DNA of 63,688 nucleotides, the filler included, from Octopus bimaculoides (lineage: Eukaryota): NCBI RefSeq assembly GCF_001194135.2. It is 5 parts of 5 records of this genome, joined end to end, with 100 filler letters (N's around TTAATTAATTAA, not from the genome) between each part and the next. Parts side by side here need not be neighbours in the genome. Positions count along the whole stretch, not along the records: positions 47,895 to 55,288 come from NW_026430223.1; positions 55,389 to 63,688 come from NC_069009.1; 3 more parts are not named here. One strand, given 5' to 3'. The position numbers were made by a program, and so were the translations under genes. Of this stretch, positions 50,295-61,520 are shown piece after piece. How positions within the stretch are numbered: the stretch's first letter is position 1; each line of letters opens with the position of its first letter. The notes beneath the pieces are model-generated. The model was not told the origin of the DNA, made no database searches, and was given only the letters and a program-made list of their open reading frames with translations.

Positions 50295-50610
50295 GATCAG
50301 TAGATTTCGTGGATGGAAACTGAAAGAAGCCCGTCGTTATATATGTATAACTGTAAGTATCTATGTGTGTGTGTGTGTGTGTCTCTTTGCGTCTGTTTTT
50401 GTTACTCCCCATGATCGCTTCATAACCGGTGTTGGTGTGTTTGCGTACTTGTAACTTAGCAGTTCGGCAAAAGAACCCGATAGAGTAAGTACTAGGCTTT
50501 AAAAAATAGCGTCCTGGGATCGATTTATTCGATTAAAACCCTTTCAGGCGGTGCTCCAGCATGGCCGCAGTCAAATGACTGAAGCAAGGAAGAGGATAAA
50601 AAGAATAGAA
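50295..50610 (+). mobile_element. SINE family A 3' part
   Basis: gatggaaactgaaagaagcccgtcg...ccagcatggccgcagtcaaatgactgaa. Confidence 0.85.
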
Positions 50611-50628
50611 TACATTTCCCTACGTGGA

Positions 50629-50693
50629 TGCGCATGCGCACACGCTCCCGTTATTATGAGGTTTCTGCTCTCAGCACAAAGAAGATGACGTCA
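50629..50693. promoter_or_regulatory. Perfect NRF1-type palindrome TGCGCATGCGCA plus CRE TGACGTCA: candidate promoter
   Basis: Motifs at 50629-50640 and 50686-50693 in a short CpG-retaining unique stretch. Confidence 0.35.
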
Positions 50694-50759
50694 GACAAAT
50701 TATTTCCTTCAAACTACGAAGCATTCTTTGACGACATCGTACAGAATCAAAGGACCGCA

Positions 50760-51066
50760 AAACACACACACGCACGCACGCACACACAGACACACTCACA
50801 CACAAGTATACACACACACACTCACACACAAGTACACACACACTCACACACAAGTATACACACACACAAGTACACACACACACTCACACACTCTTTCACA
50901 TATACACTCTTTCACACACACACTCTTTCACACACACACTCTTTCACACACACACACAGTCACACGCACACACACTCACACACTATCACACGCAGTCACA
51001 CGCACACACATACACACACTCACACACACACACTCTCGCACACATGCACTCAAACGCACACACTGA

Positions 51067-51134
<68 letters not shown>

Positions 51135-51251
51135 NNNNNNNNNNNNNNNNNNNNNNNNNNNNNNNNNNNNNNNNNNNNNNNNNNNNNNNNNNNNNNNNNN
51201 NNNNNNNNNNNNNNGTAACATATCTATCAGTTGATCGATCTACCACGCAGT

Positions 51252-51313
<62 letters not shown>

Positions 51314-51417
51314 CTATCTGTCTCTCTGTCTATCTTCTGTCTGTCTATCTATCTGTGTGTCTGTCTGTCTATCTATCTTTCTATCTATCTTATCTATCTT
51401 ATCTAATAGATAGATAT

Positions 51418-51451
<34 letters not shown>

Positions 51452-51587
51452 ATTTGTCTGTCTATTTATATATTTAGCTGTACCTCTCTCTGTCTGTCTG
51501 TCTGTCTATTTGTCTGTATGTCTATCCTTGTATTTCTCTGNNNNNNNNNNNNNNNNNNNNNNNNNNNNNNNNNNNNNNNNNNNNNNN

Positions 51588-51651
<64 letters not shown>

Positions 51652-51660
51652 ATAGCTATG
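50760..51660. repeat. Compound CA/CT/TATC/TGTC microsatellite block with gaps
   Basis: Directly visible. Confidence 0.95.
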
Positions 51661-51989
51661 TGATGTTTAAAAGCCAGTTTTATAGAAATGTCTTCCAAAA
51701 TTCCTATTTTGTTCTTCAAACATTCACTTGTGTAGGTTGAACCATGTAAAACATTACAGAAAGAAACCCAGCTGTTTCTTGCAATGCATAACCAATACAT
51801 ACATCCAAATCAAAAATTTTTCAAGATCCCTTAAAATATTATTGTGTATACCCAATTTGCTCTTTTGTTACGTGGACCCCGCCAGAAACTCTTATATGCA
51901 TCCCTCAGGGGCCACATGGAACCTGGGTGAGAAGCGAAGCCCTAGATGGAAAGCCTCTTGTACAACAGGTAAACATTATGAGTGCCATC

Positions 51990-52388
51990 TGTTGTTGTTG
52001 TTGGCACTCCGTCGCTTAACGACGACGAGGGTTCCAGTTAATCCGATCAATGGAACAGCCTGCTCGTGAAATTAACGCGCAAGTGGCTGAGCACTCCACA
52101 GACACGTGTACCCTTAACGTAGCTCTCGGGGGATATTCAGGGTGACACAGAGTGTGACAAGGCTGGCCCTGATGAATTACAGGTACAAGAGAAACAGGAA
52201 GTAAGAGTGAGAGAAAGTTGTGGTGAAAGAGTACAGCAGGGTTCGCCACCATCCCCTGCCGGAGCCTCGTGGAGCTTTTAGGTGTTTTCGCTCAATAAAC
52301 ACTCACAACGCCCGGTCTGGGAATCGAAACCGCGATCCTATGACCGCGAGTCCGCTGCCCTAACCACCAGGCCATTGTGCCTCCACCT
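51990..52388 (-). mobile_element. tRNA-derived SINE family D, near full length, (CAA)n tail
   Basis: Head ggaggcacaatggcctggtggttagggcagcggactcgcggtc..ggtttcgattccc; CpG-rich and little decayed. Confidence 0.85.
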
Positions 52389-52889
52389 GAGCGCCATCTA
52401 ACCCTGACTATAATGAATGACCGTTGACTCTTCTCTGTTCTTCCGCCCTTAGACGGATCTTATTGTTTCCCCTATAAGGATTCCAAATTCACAATTCACA
52501 ATCCCCACCAAGCAATTTTGGTCGGGACCCCCGGGATTAGTCGCCTCTTTCCCGTCCATACAACAGTTTGTAGTATGTTACATGTTGTCAGTGCTTTAGA
52601 GAGCGACCTGACTGCGAAATTACGAGAAGAAATGAAAATCGCATCGCAATATACAGCAGTCATATTAATTCTTTCATTTAGTGTTTCATTTTGATATTCA
52701 ATAATAAAAAGACTTCAAGAAAGATTTCTTTGATAATGTAACTATTTATATTACCTATATATATATGTATGTGTGTGTGTGTATGTATATGTATACATAT
52801 ATATGTATTTATATATACATATATATCTATGTATATGCATACATATATGTGTTTATATATATATATATACACATATATATAAATATACA

Positions 52890-52926
<37 letters not shown>

Positions 52927-54679
52927 NNNNNNNNNNNNNNNNNNNNNNNNNNNNNNNNNNNNNNNNNNNNNNNNNNNNNNNNNNNNNNNNNNNNNNNNNN
53001 NNNNNNNNNNNNNNNNNNNNNNNNNNNNNNNNNNNNNNNNNNNNNNNNNNNNNNNNNNNNNNNNNNNNNNNNNNNNNNNNNNNNNNNNNNNNNNNNNNNN
53101 NNNNNNNNNNNNNNNNNNNNNNNNNNNNNNNNNNNNNNNNNNNNNNNNNNNNNNNNNNNNNNNNNNNNNNNNNNNNNNNNNNNNNNNNNNNNNNNNNNNN
53201 NNNNNNNNNNNNNNNNNNNNNNNNNNNNNNNNNNNNNNNNNNNNNNNNNNNNNNNNNNNNNNNNNNNNNNNNNNNNNNNNNNNNNNNNNNNNNNNNNNNN
53301 NNNNNNNNNNNNNNNNNNNNNNNNNNNNNNNNNNNNNNNNNNNNNNNNNNNNNNNNNNNNNNNNNNNNNNNNNNNNNNNNNNNNNNNNNNNNNNNNNNNN
53401 NNNNNNNNNNNNNNNNNNNNNNNNNNNNNNNNNNNNNNNNNNNNNNNNNNNNNNNNNNNNNNNNNNNNNNNNNNNNNNNNNNNNNNNNNNTATATATATA
53501 TATTCTTTTATTCTTTTACTTGTTTCAGTCATTTGATTGTAGCCATGCTGGAGCACCGCCCTAAGAGTTTTATATTTATATCACGCGATCACGTGGCCAA
53601 GCAGGCTGTCAGATGTTGTTACACATTGCTGGTCACATCGTGCTTTTTTATTATTCAAATGACACCACCCCCATGGCCAGCCAACAAGGCCAACATCCCC
53701 ACGTCCTGATCGAAAGCGAGGGAGGGGGGGCTGGTGCAAAGTGAAAGGAAGTGTTCTTGCTGAAGAACTCAACGCGCCGCCCACTCACGGAATTGAACCT
53801 ACGATCTAGCATCCGTGAGTGCAATAGCCTAACCACCAGGCCAGGCCACGCCAGGCCAGACCAGGCCAGGTCAGGCTAGGCCGGGCCACACCACGCCACA
53901 CCACGCCACGCGCGTGAGTATCTTCTCGTTCCTTCTCCCTACAAGAACCACGAGGAGAGATAATGAAAAGTGTTAGGACCAAGCTTTATGGGAAATAAAA
54001 TAGACTTAATTATTAGCTTGGAATCATTATCAACGACCAGTTGTTTATAAGCAGAGATTATTGTCTAATAAAAAATTATAAATATGTATTTATTCACTTC
54101 ATTATTCATGGCTTCATCGGTTGAAACAGTGAAATCACAAAATAAATGAAAACCACATCGCAATATATGTTATTCCTATCGATTTTTTTTGTATTTCCTT
54201 TAGCTTAATCTTGATATTCAATAATAAAAATACTTCAAGAAATATTTCTTTGATATTGTAAGTATTTATATTGCCTATTATGTCTTTGATATTGTTCAGT
54301 AGTTTAAATGTGGCGTTGGGACCTCTATTGTCCTGTAGTGCCTATGTTGTTTATCCGCTTCTTTGTCTATTTGTAATTCTTTTTCTTTATTATTAATTTT
54401 CTTTTATCGCTATACGTTTCCGTCATTAGAATGTGGCCATGCTGGGGCATCGCACTAAAGGATTTCTTTTTTTTTTTTAAGTGGAATGAATCAGCCTCAG
54501 TACTTTATAGAATTTTAAAATTATTTTTCATTTATTTTATTTATTTTTTTTTTCGTTTTCTTTTTGTCGGTACTGATTCCATTGGTGCCCTTTGCTGAAC
54601 CGCTATGTTACGGGGAGGTATGCAAACCAACACCGGTTATCGAGCGCTGGTGAGGAACAAATACAAAATACAAAGACAC

Positions 54680-55140
54680 AAGCACACATACATACATGCA
54701 CGCACGCACCCACACACCCACGCACACACCCACGCACACACACATACACACACACACACACAAAAGCATACACTCACACATACACAGACTCATGCACACA
54801 CATACAAACACATATACACACACATATACACATACACACATGCACGCACGCACGCCCACATACGCGCATGCACACACACACACAAGGACACACACGTACA
54901 CAAACACACACTCACACTCACATGCACACACACACACACATACACAGACACTCACACATACACAGACACATGCACGCACATACAAACACATACACACACA
55001 AATACACGCTGACACATACACATACACACGTGCACGCACACACACATACACGCATGCACACACACACAAACACAAAGACTCACACGGGCACACACGCACA
55101 CAAACACACGCATGTGCAGCCCCCCCCCCCCCTGCACACA
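54680..55140. repeat. Cryptic (CA)-rich simple repeat
   Basis: Directly visible; source of the spurious HT/CV ORFs. Confidence 0.95.
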
Positions 55141-55388
55141 TATATGAAGGCGCATGGCGTGTGATCAGGGTGCGCTGCTCTCACGATAGTGAGATCGCGG
55201 TTTCGATATCCACACCTGACGGTGCTTTCTGTTCTTGAGCAAAGCATTTCATTTCCCTTTTAATCTGGAATCATTTCCACACCTGACGNNNNNNNNNNNN
55301 NNNNNNNNNNNNNNNNNNNNNNNNNNNNNNNNTTAATTAATTAANNNNNNNNNNNNNNNNNNNNNNNNNNNNNNNNNNNNNNNNNNNN

Positions 55389-55671
55389 ATAAAAAAAAGG
55401 TACTGAAATCTATTTGAAAATGATACCAGGCTTACCATCCCTACAGGAAGTGCAAAAAATCGTGTTAACTGGAACAACTCATGTACTAAGAAGAGCATTA
55501 TCGCTGTGAAAACAACATCCATTCATGATTTTTTTTTTTCTTAAATACATGTTTTACCTATGAATTTGTGTGTGTAAATTGGGAATGCATACAACGTTTC
55601 TCTGCCCTAGGTGTACGGAAAACACTCGGCGAGAAATGGGAAAAAATTTGAAGAAAGAAGAAAAAAAAAAC

Positions 55672-55700
<29 letters not shown>
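55389..55700 (+). mobile_element. R4/Dong-like (RLE-type) non-LTR element 3' end with (TAA)n tail
   Basis: LKMIPGLPSLQEVQKIVLTGTTHVLRRALSL* followed by a 3'UTR and (ATA)n. Confidence 0.65.
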
Positions 55701-55704
<4 letters not shown>

Positions 55705-57309
55705 GGTTCTTACATTGCCTTCTGCTGATGAGTTCTGAATTGGCTTCGGTCAACAGCTCAATGTCCAAAGATGTCGGAAACAAGCAAACTGGACAATGTT
55801 GGAGAGAACTCGTTAATTATTTGCTGGACTCTTATCTTGGATGTAGCATAGCAGGCAGAGTAGTAGAAATGCTTTTGGGTGACAACGGCGCCAATTAACA
55901 TGGGTTAGCAGTCTGTAGACGTCACATCATTTAGGAATTGTTCCGGTAGTGTTCATATCAAAAATGCTACTTTCTCGTAGCTTGTTTTTAGCATTGAAGC
56001 AGCTTGGTTCTATTGTAGCAAGGCTTGGACAATAACAGAAACACTGGCAGAAGAGACAAGCATTGGACATTGTCTTGTTTAAGGTTTTCCTTTGAAGTTT
56101 GTCTTCCAGGTAGACAAAATAACAAATGGCTAATTAACACTTTTGATAACCAATTCTATTGAAACTGCCCCAGGTTATACGATAAAAACTTCTGGTTTTA
56201 AAGGAAACGGAATTAAAATTTTCGATCAAGATTTAAAGTTAATTTATGTGACAAATGCATGCTAGTTTAATAATTAAAAAATTATTTTACTAAAGACTTG
56301 ATTATTTTCAAAATTGATTGAAACAATTATCAGTGTATTTTAACAAATATAGTAACACAAGACTTAATGTGATCTAAGTTAAAAACTTCCATCGAAATTT
56401 CATGTTAATTAGTTACAAACACCAGCTTAATGAGGATAAAGTTATTTTATGAAATTCTTCATTACTTTCAAAATTAATTGAAACAAAAGCTGTGTATTTT
56501 GAACAGATCGAAATTAAGATTTCCAATCAAGATTTTGTGTTAGTTTATGTTCCAAATTTCAGCTTAGACATTATTTTACTAAATTAACTGGAACAAAGGC
56601 AGTTTATTTCAACAGAAATATGGTAACAAAAGGATTAAAGTTCAAGAGTGAGGGCTTTATCATATAGCTAATAGCAGCAGTTACTAGTCATAAAAGGTTA
56701 ATTCTGATTGGCTAGCTTTTGAAAAGACGAAATATGCCATTGGCTATTCAATGGCGTCGTAAAACCTGTCTTCCTCAAATTGATATTCTTCCCAGTCTCC
56801 AGATATTCTGCTTTTGTTTTATGTATTGTTTCGTTACATGATCTCAGTGGTTTTTTGATGAGAGGGCTTTCATCCTGTGCAGCAATCGAGGTTCTTTCAA
56901 ATATGGCGATATTGGATTCAATAAAGCTGCTCCCTTCGCCAATGTGTAGGCGGGACCAGCAGCAAAAGCAGATTGGCTAGTATTGAGTACAAGACGGCGC
57001 TTATGTTTGGACTAGCTTTCACAGAAACAGATGAGGATGTAGACGAAGAAAAAGAACGATGGACACTGAAGGACCATACAGTGTCCAAAACCGATTCTAT
57101 GGAAGCAGCTTGGGAGCAAAATTGTAGCAGTATCGAGAGTGAAGCAAATGTGGGAATGAACTTACAAAGATTGGGTGGCGACAATATCTCTGAAGGTGTT
57201 ACTTTTGTTCTATGAGAGAGAGTGGCTAAACAGGCCCTTTTTGTTACAGCAGTAGTGGGTGTGGTGAATCATTGATAAGGCAGGCATGGTTCGGTTATGT
57301 TCTCTCATT

Positions 57310-57760
57310 GCTGATGTAGGCGTGGCTTGCATTTGCATTGTTAATCAGATGGCTTTCTCATTTCAGAAAGTAGGCGTAGATGGCATTTTTTTATTTGCAT
57401 TGTTGATTGGCTGGGTTTTTTTTATAACAGGACAAGGGGCGTGGCTTACACTTGCATTGTTAATCAGCTGGCTTTCTTATTTTATAAAGTGGGCAATGAT
57501 AGCATTTATATGCATTGTCAGTTATCTGATATTTTTACATCAGGAGTAGTGGGTGTGGCTTACATTTGCATTGTTAATCTGCAGGCATTCTTATTTCCGA
57601 AAATGGGTATAGATGGCTTTAATATTTGCATTGTCAATTAGCTGGCATTTTTCTATCAAGAGTAGGGGGTGTGGCTTACATTTGCATTGTTAATCAGCTG
57701 GCATTCACATTTCAGAAAGTGAGTATTGATAGCATATATATGTATTGTCAATTAGCTGGC
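57310..57760. repeat. About 116-bp minisatellite x4 (two related half-units) with GGGYGTGGC boxes and ATTTGCAT octamers
   Basis: Equivalent positions recur at 57331, 57450, 57564 and 57680. Perfect ATTTGCAT at 57331, 57393, 57564, 57624 and 57680. Confidence 0.9.
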
Positions 57761-57999
57761 CCTTTTTTTTTTCCTTTACTCAGGTCTGAATAGGGAGCAT
57801 GGCTAGAACTATGAAATCAAGGCAGGGAACAGGGAGCAGAATAATTTACACTAGGCTGTACAATGCACTACTCTATACAACAGTTGGTACTCCAGAGGTG
57901 GGTGGAGCTGGAATTGTGATTTAGCAACAGGGCGGGGGTGTCTGATGTAGTAACTACAATGGTCATTATATCAGAAGTGGGTTAGGCTAAAGTTAGGTG

Positions 58000-58330
58000 T
58001 GGTATACAGAGGGTGGGATTAAGAATTGTAAGTACTAGAATGGTTGTTATTCCAGCCAGAAGTGGGTGCAACATACAGAGGGTTGGGTCATAAATTGAAA
58101 TTACAAGAATAGTTGTTATTCCAGCCAGAGGAGGGTTTGGTTAAAGGTAGGTGTGGTTAAAGGTGGATGCGATATACAGAGGGTTGGGTCATAAGTTGTA
58201 ATTACTAGAATAGTTATTATTTCAGCCAGAGGTGGATGTGATATACAGAGGGAGGGATCATGTGCTATAATTACAAGAATGATTATTATTCCAGCCAGAA
58301 GTGGGTGTGGCTAAATCTATAATGGTTTCT
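58000..58330. repeat. Diverged 60-70-bp tandem repeat (tagttgttattccagccaga..atacagagggttgggtcat)
   Basis: Four to five recognisable units. Confidence 0.8.
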
Positions 58331-59188
58331 ATTCCTGCCAGAGAACAAGGCATTAGCTAGCTTCAGGCTTGGCCACTTCAGATATTGGTAAATCCATTTG
58401 AAATCAGTTGTGATAACTGCAATGAGGGTGTGGTTTGGATTGGGTTATTTATGGCAAAACTGGCTTGGCATGGACATGCATAAAAATTCTGAAAAACTTT
58501 TTCCAGATATGGGTGTAGCTGGATCAGATTCTGCCAAGATGGACATGTCTATGTTACCCTTTTAATGGACAGGGTGTGATGGAATTGGACGTAACCTGAA
58601 CTACAGGTGAGTACTTCAGATTTTTGTGATTGTAGGAATAGGTGAGATGAGAACAGCTGGAGAAGGAATTCCAGTTGTGACAATCCCATCTTTATAGAAC
58701 TGTCTGGGACTACTTTTGTCGATGTCCTTCACCTGTGAAAAACAGTAAGTTGTTATTTGAGGGAGTAACTACATTCTAGTAATTACAATTCATGACCCAA
58801 CCCTATAGGTGTGCTACACCCAAGTTTAGCCCCACCCACTTTTGATACAACAATTGTAGTCACTACATAAGACACGCCCACCTTGTCAATAAAATACCTT
58901 TGGCTGCTGTTTTTAGCGTAATAGTGGCTGGAATAGAAATGGCTTAGATGAGGGTGGATGGAGTAGGAGTAGCAGATGAAGAGCAAAGCTGGTTAGCGTG
59001 AGTGAGTATAGACAGAGGTAGGGAGTTACTAGGGTGGGAGGGCCTCACTTTTAAGTGGGAGGAGCATCACTGTCACCATTTGGCTCAAGATCCACATAGC
59101 TGAAATGAATTACAATGCTCTGGGTTACATGTGACCCAAGTTCCTACAAGTGGTTGGTTGAAAGGGAGAGAGTGTTGATTGGATGAAA

Positions 59189-60620
59189 TGGTCGGCATAG
59201 CAACCAGATCTTATACAGAGAGGGTGTGTTTGTCATTATTAACCACGGTTAATGTGATAAAGTTTCCTCATTTATGAATAATTGTTCAGATGTTGACACG
59301 GTGGGCACAGCCTCCACACCTATACAAAGAGGGGAGGAGGAGTGTCTGTCATTAGTATTCATGAGGGGCAGGGTGAAGTTTCTTCCTTTATGAATAATTG
59401 TCGAGATGGTGGGCATAGCCACCAGACTTTTACAGGAAGGAGGAAAGTTAATATTTATGCCCACTTAAATGTGGATGTTGTGTTAGAACAAGCTATACTG
59501 CAGTAGATACTATGAGAGAACTTCTCATATTGGCTTTTGGTGCAAAATGCCCTCTTGTTTATATCGCTAGTGGCGAGATAAATCCCTGCTACCTCCAGTG
59601 CTGAAACCACCAGATCATGTGATTTCGACCTTCCTTGGCCTTATCAATGATGGACACTCAACTGCTAGAGGCAGTAGTGGTTCATCTCCCCACCAGCGAT
59701 ATATAGATGGACAGTGCCTCCGTCACTATTATATATTTTTTAGAAAGGAGGGGCGTGAGTGGTTGTCATTGTATTGGTGGTGAAGTTTGATCCAATCATG
59801 AACAGTTACTGATGGTGGGCGTAGCCACAAGACATATACAAAGAGGGAGAATGCATCATCATTATCCAGGATGGGCGTGAACTTTCATAATTTATGAACT
59901 GTTGCTGATATGGTGGGCGTAGCCACAAAACATGTACAAGGAGGGAGAAAGTGTCATCATTACCCAGGATGGGCGTGAACTTTCATAGTTTATGAACAGT
60001 TGCTGATATGGTGGGCGTAGCCACAAAACATGTACAAGGAGGGAGAAAGTGTCNNNNNNNNNNNNNNNNNNNNNNNNNNNNNNNNNNNNNNNNNNNNNNN
60101 NNNNNNNNNNNNNNNNNNNNNNNNNNNNNNNNNNNNNNNNNNNNNNNNNNNNNNNNNNNNNNNNNNNNNNNNNNNNNNNNNNNNNNNNNNNNNNNNNNNN
60201 NNNNNNNNNNNNNNNNNNNNNNNNNNNNNNNGCCACAAGACATGTACAAGGAGGGAGAAAGTGTCATTATTACCCAGGATGGGCGTGAACTTTCATAATT
60301 TATGAACAGTTGCTGATATGGTGGGCGTAGCCACAAGACATGTACAAGGAGGGAGAATGTGTGTCATCATTACCCGTGGTGGGCGTGGTGAATTTTCATC
60401 ATTCATGGACAGTTGTCGGTATGGTGGGTGGAGCCACCAGACCTATAAAGAGAGGGAGTGTTTGCCATCATTAGCTGTGGTGGGTGTGATGAAAAGTGAT
60501 CACTTATGAATAGCTGATATGGTGGGCGTAGCCATCAAACATATATATACACAGGGAGGGAGCATATGTCGTTATTATCCATCTGGTAGGCATGGCAGCC
60601 AGCTAAGTTTCATCATTCAT
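59189..60620. repeat. 98-bp minisatellite array; homogeneous core spans an N gap, flanks diverged
   Basis: atggtgggcgtagcc recurs at 59812, 59910, 60008, 60318 and 60519 (variant at 60421). Diverged units at 59189-59460. Confidence 0.92.
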
Positions 60621-61109
60621 GAACAGTTGTAGCTTGTTTAGCCCCAGGTCAGCCCTTAACGGGTAAATGTATGATCAAAGACAGTCTATTAGTGACCACC
60701 TTGTGTTTATTTCAGGCAGTGTTATCCAAATGTGCCCCTTCCTTTTATTGTCTGCCTTAAGACAGGTTAGGGATGCAATCTTCAGAGCAGAGGAGGGAGA
60801 TTTGGCTGCAATTTCTAGGAGGTCAAGCGGCCACATAGTAAGCCTCCGTTCAGGAACTGTGGAAGGTGAGTCAGTCAAACATGGTGGCCACGGCGGGAGG
60901 GCTGCTTTAAATTGTCTTGGTCTTCATTTTTATGTTTGNNNNNNNNNNNNNNNNNNNNNNNNNNNNNNNNNNNNNNNNNNNNNNNNNNNNNNNNNNNNNN
61001 NNNNNNNNNNNNNNNNNNNNNNNNNNNNNNNNNNNNNNNNNNNNNNNNNNNNNNNNNNNNNNNNNNNNNNNNNNNNNNNNNNNNNNNNNNNNNNNNNNNN
61101 NNNNNNNNA

Positions 61110-61520
61110 GTAGTGGTAGTGGGATGGTGGTGGGGGTGGTAGTAATAGTAGTAGTGGTGGTGGGGTGGTAGTAGTAGTGGTGGTGGTTGCGGTAGTGGTA
61201 GTAGTGGTGGTGGTAGTAGTAGTAGTGGTGGTGGTGGTTGCGGTAGTGGTAGTAATAGTAGTAGTGGTGGTGGTAATGGTGGTAGTAGTGGTAGTGGGAT
61301 GGTGGTGGGGGTGGTAGTAATAGTAGTAGTGGTGGTGGTAATGGTGGTAGTAGTAATAGTGGTAGTAGGATGGTGGTGGGGTGGTAGTAGTAGTGGTGGT
61401 GGTGGTAGTTATGATGATGGTAGTAGTAGTAGTAGTAGAGGTGGTGATGTTTGCAGTGGTACTAGTGTTGGCGGCAACGGTAGTGACAATGGTAGTTTTG
61501 GTGGTGGTCATGGTTTTGGA
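61110..61520. repeat. (GGT/AGT)n trinucleotide block between gaps
   Basis: Directly visible. Confidence 0.92.

Noticed and set aside
53845-53910. GC-rich (CCAGG/CCACG)n pentamer run
   Set aside because: Simple repeat expansion adjoining a SINE head; no further structure.
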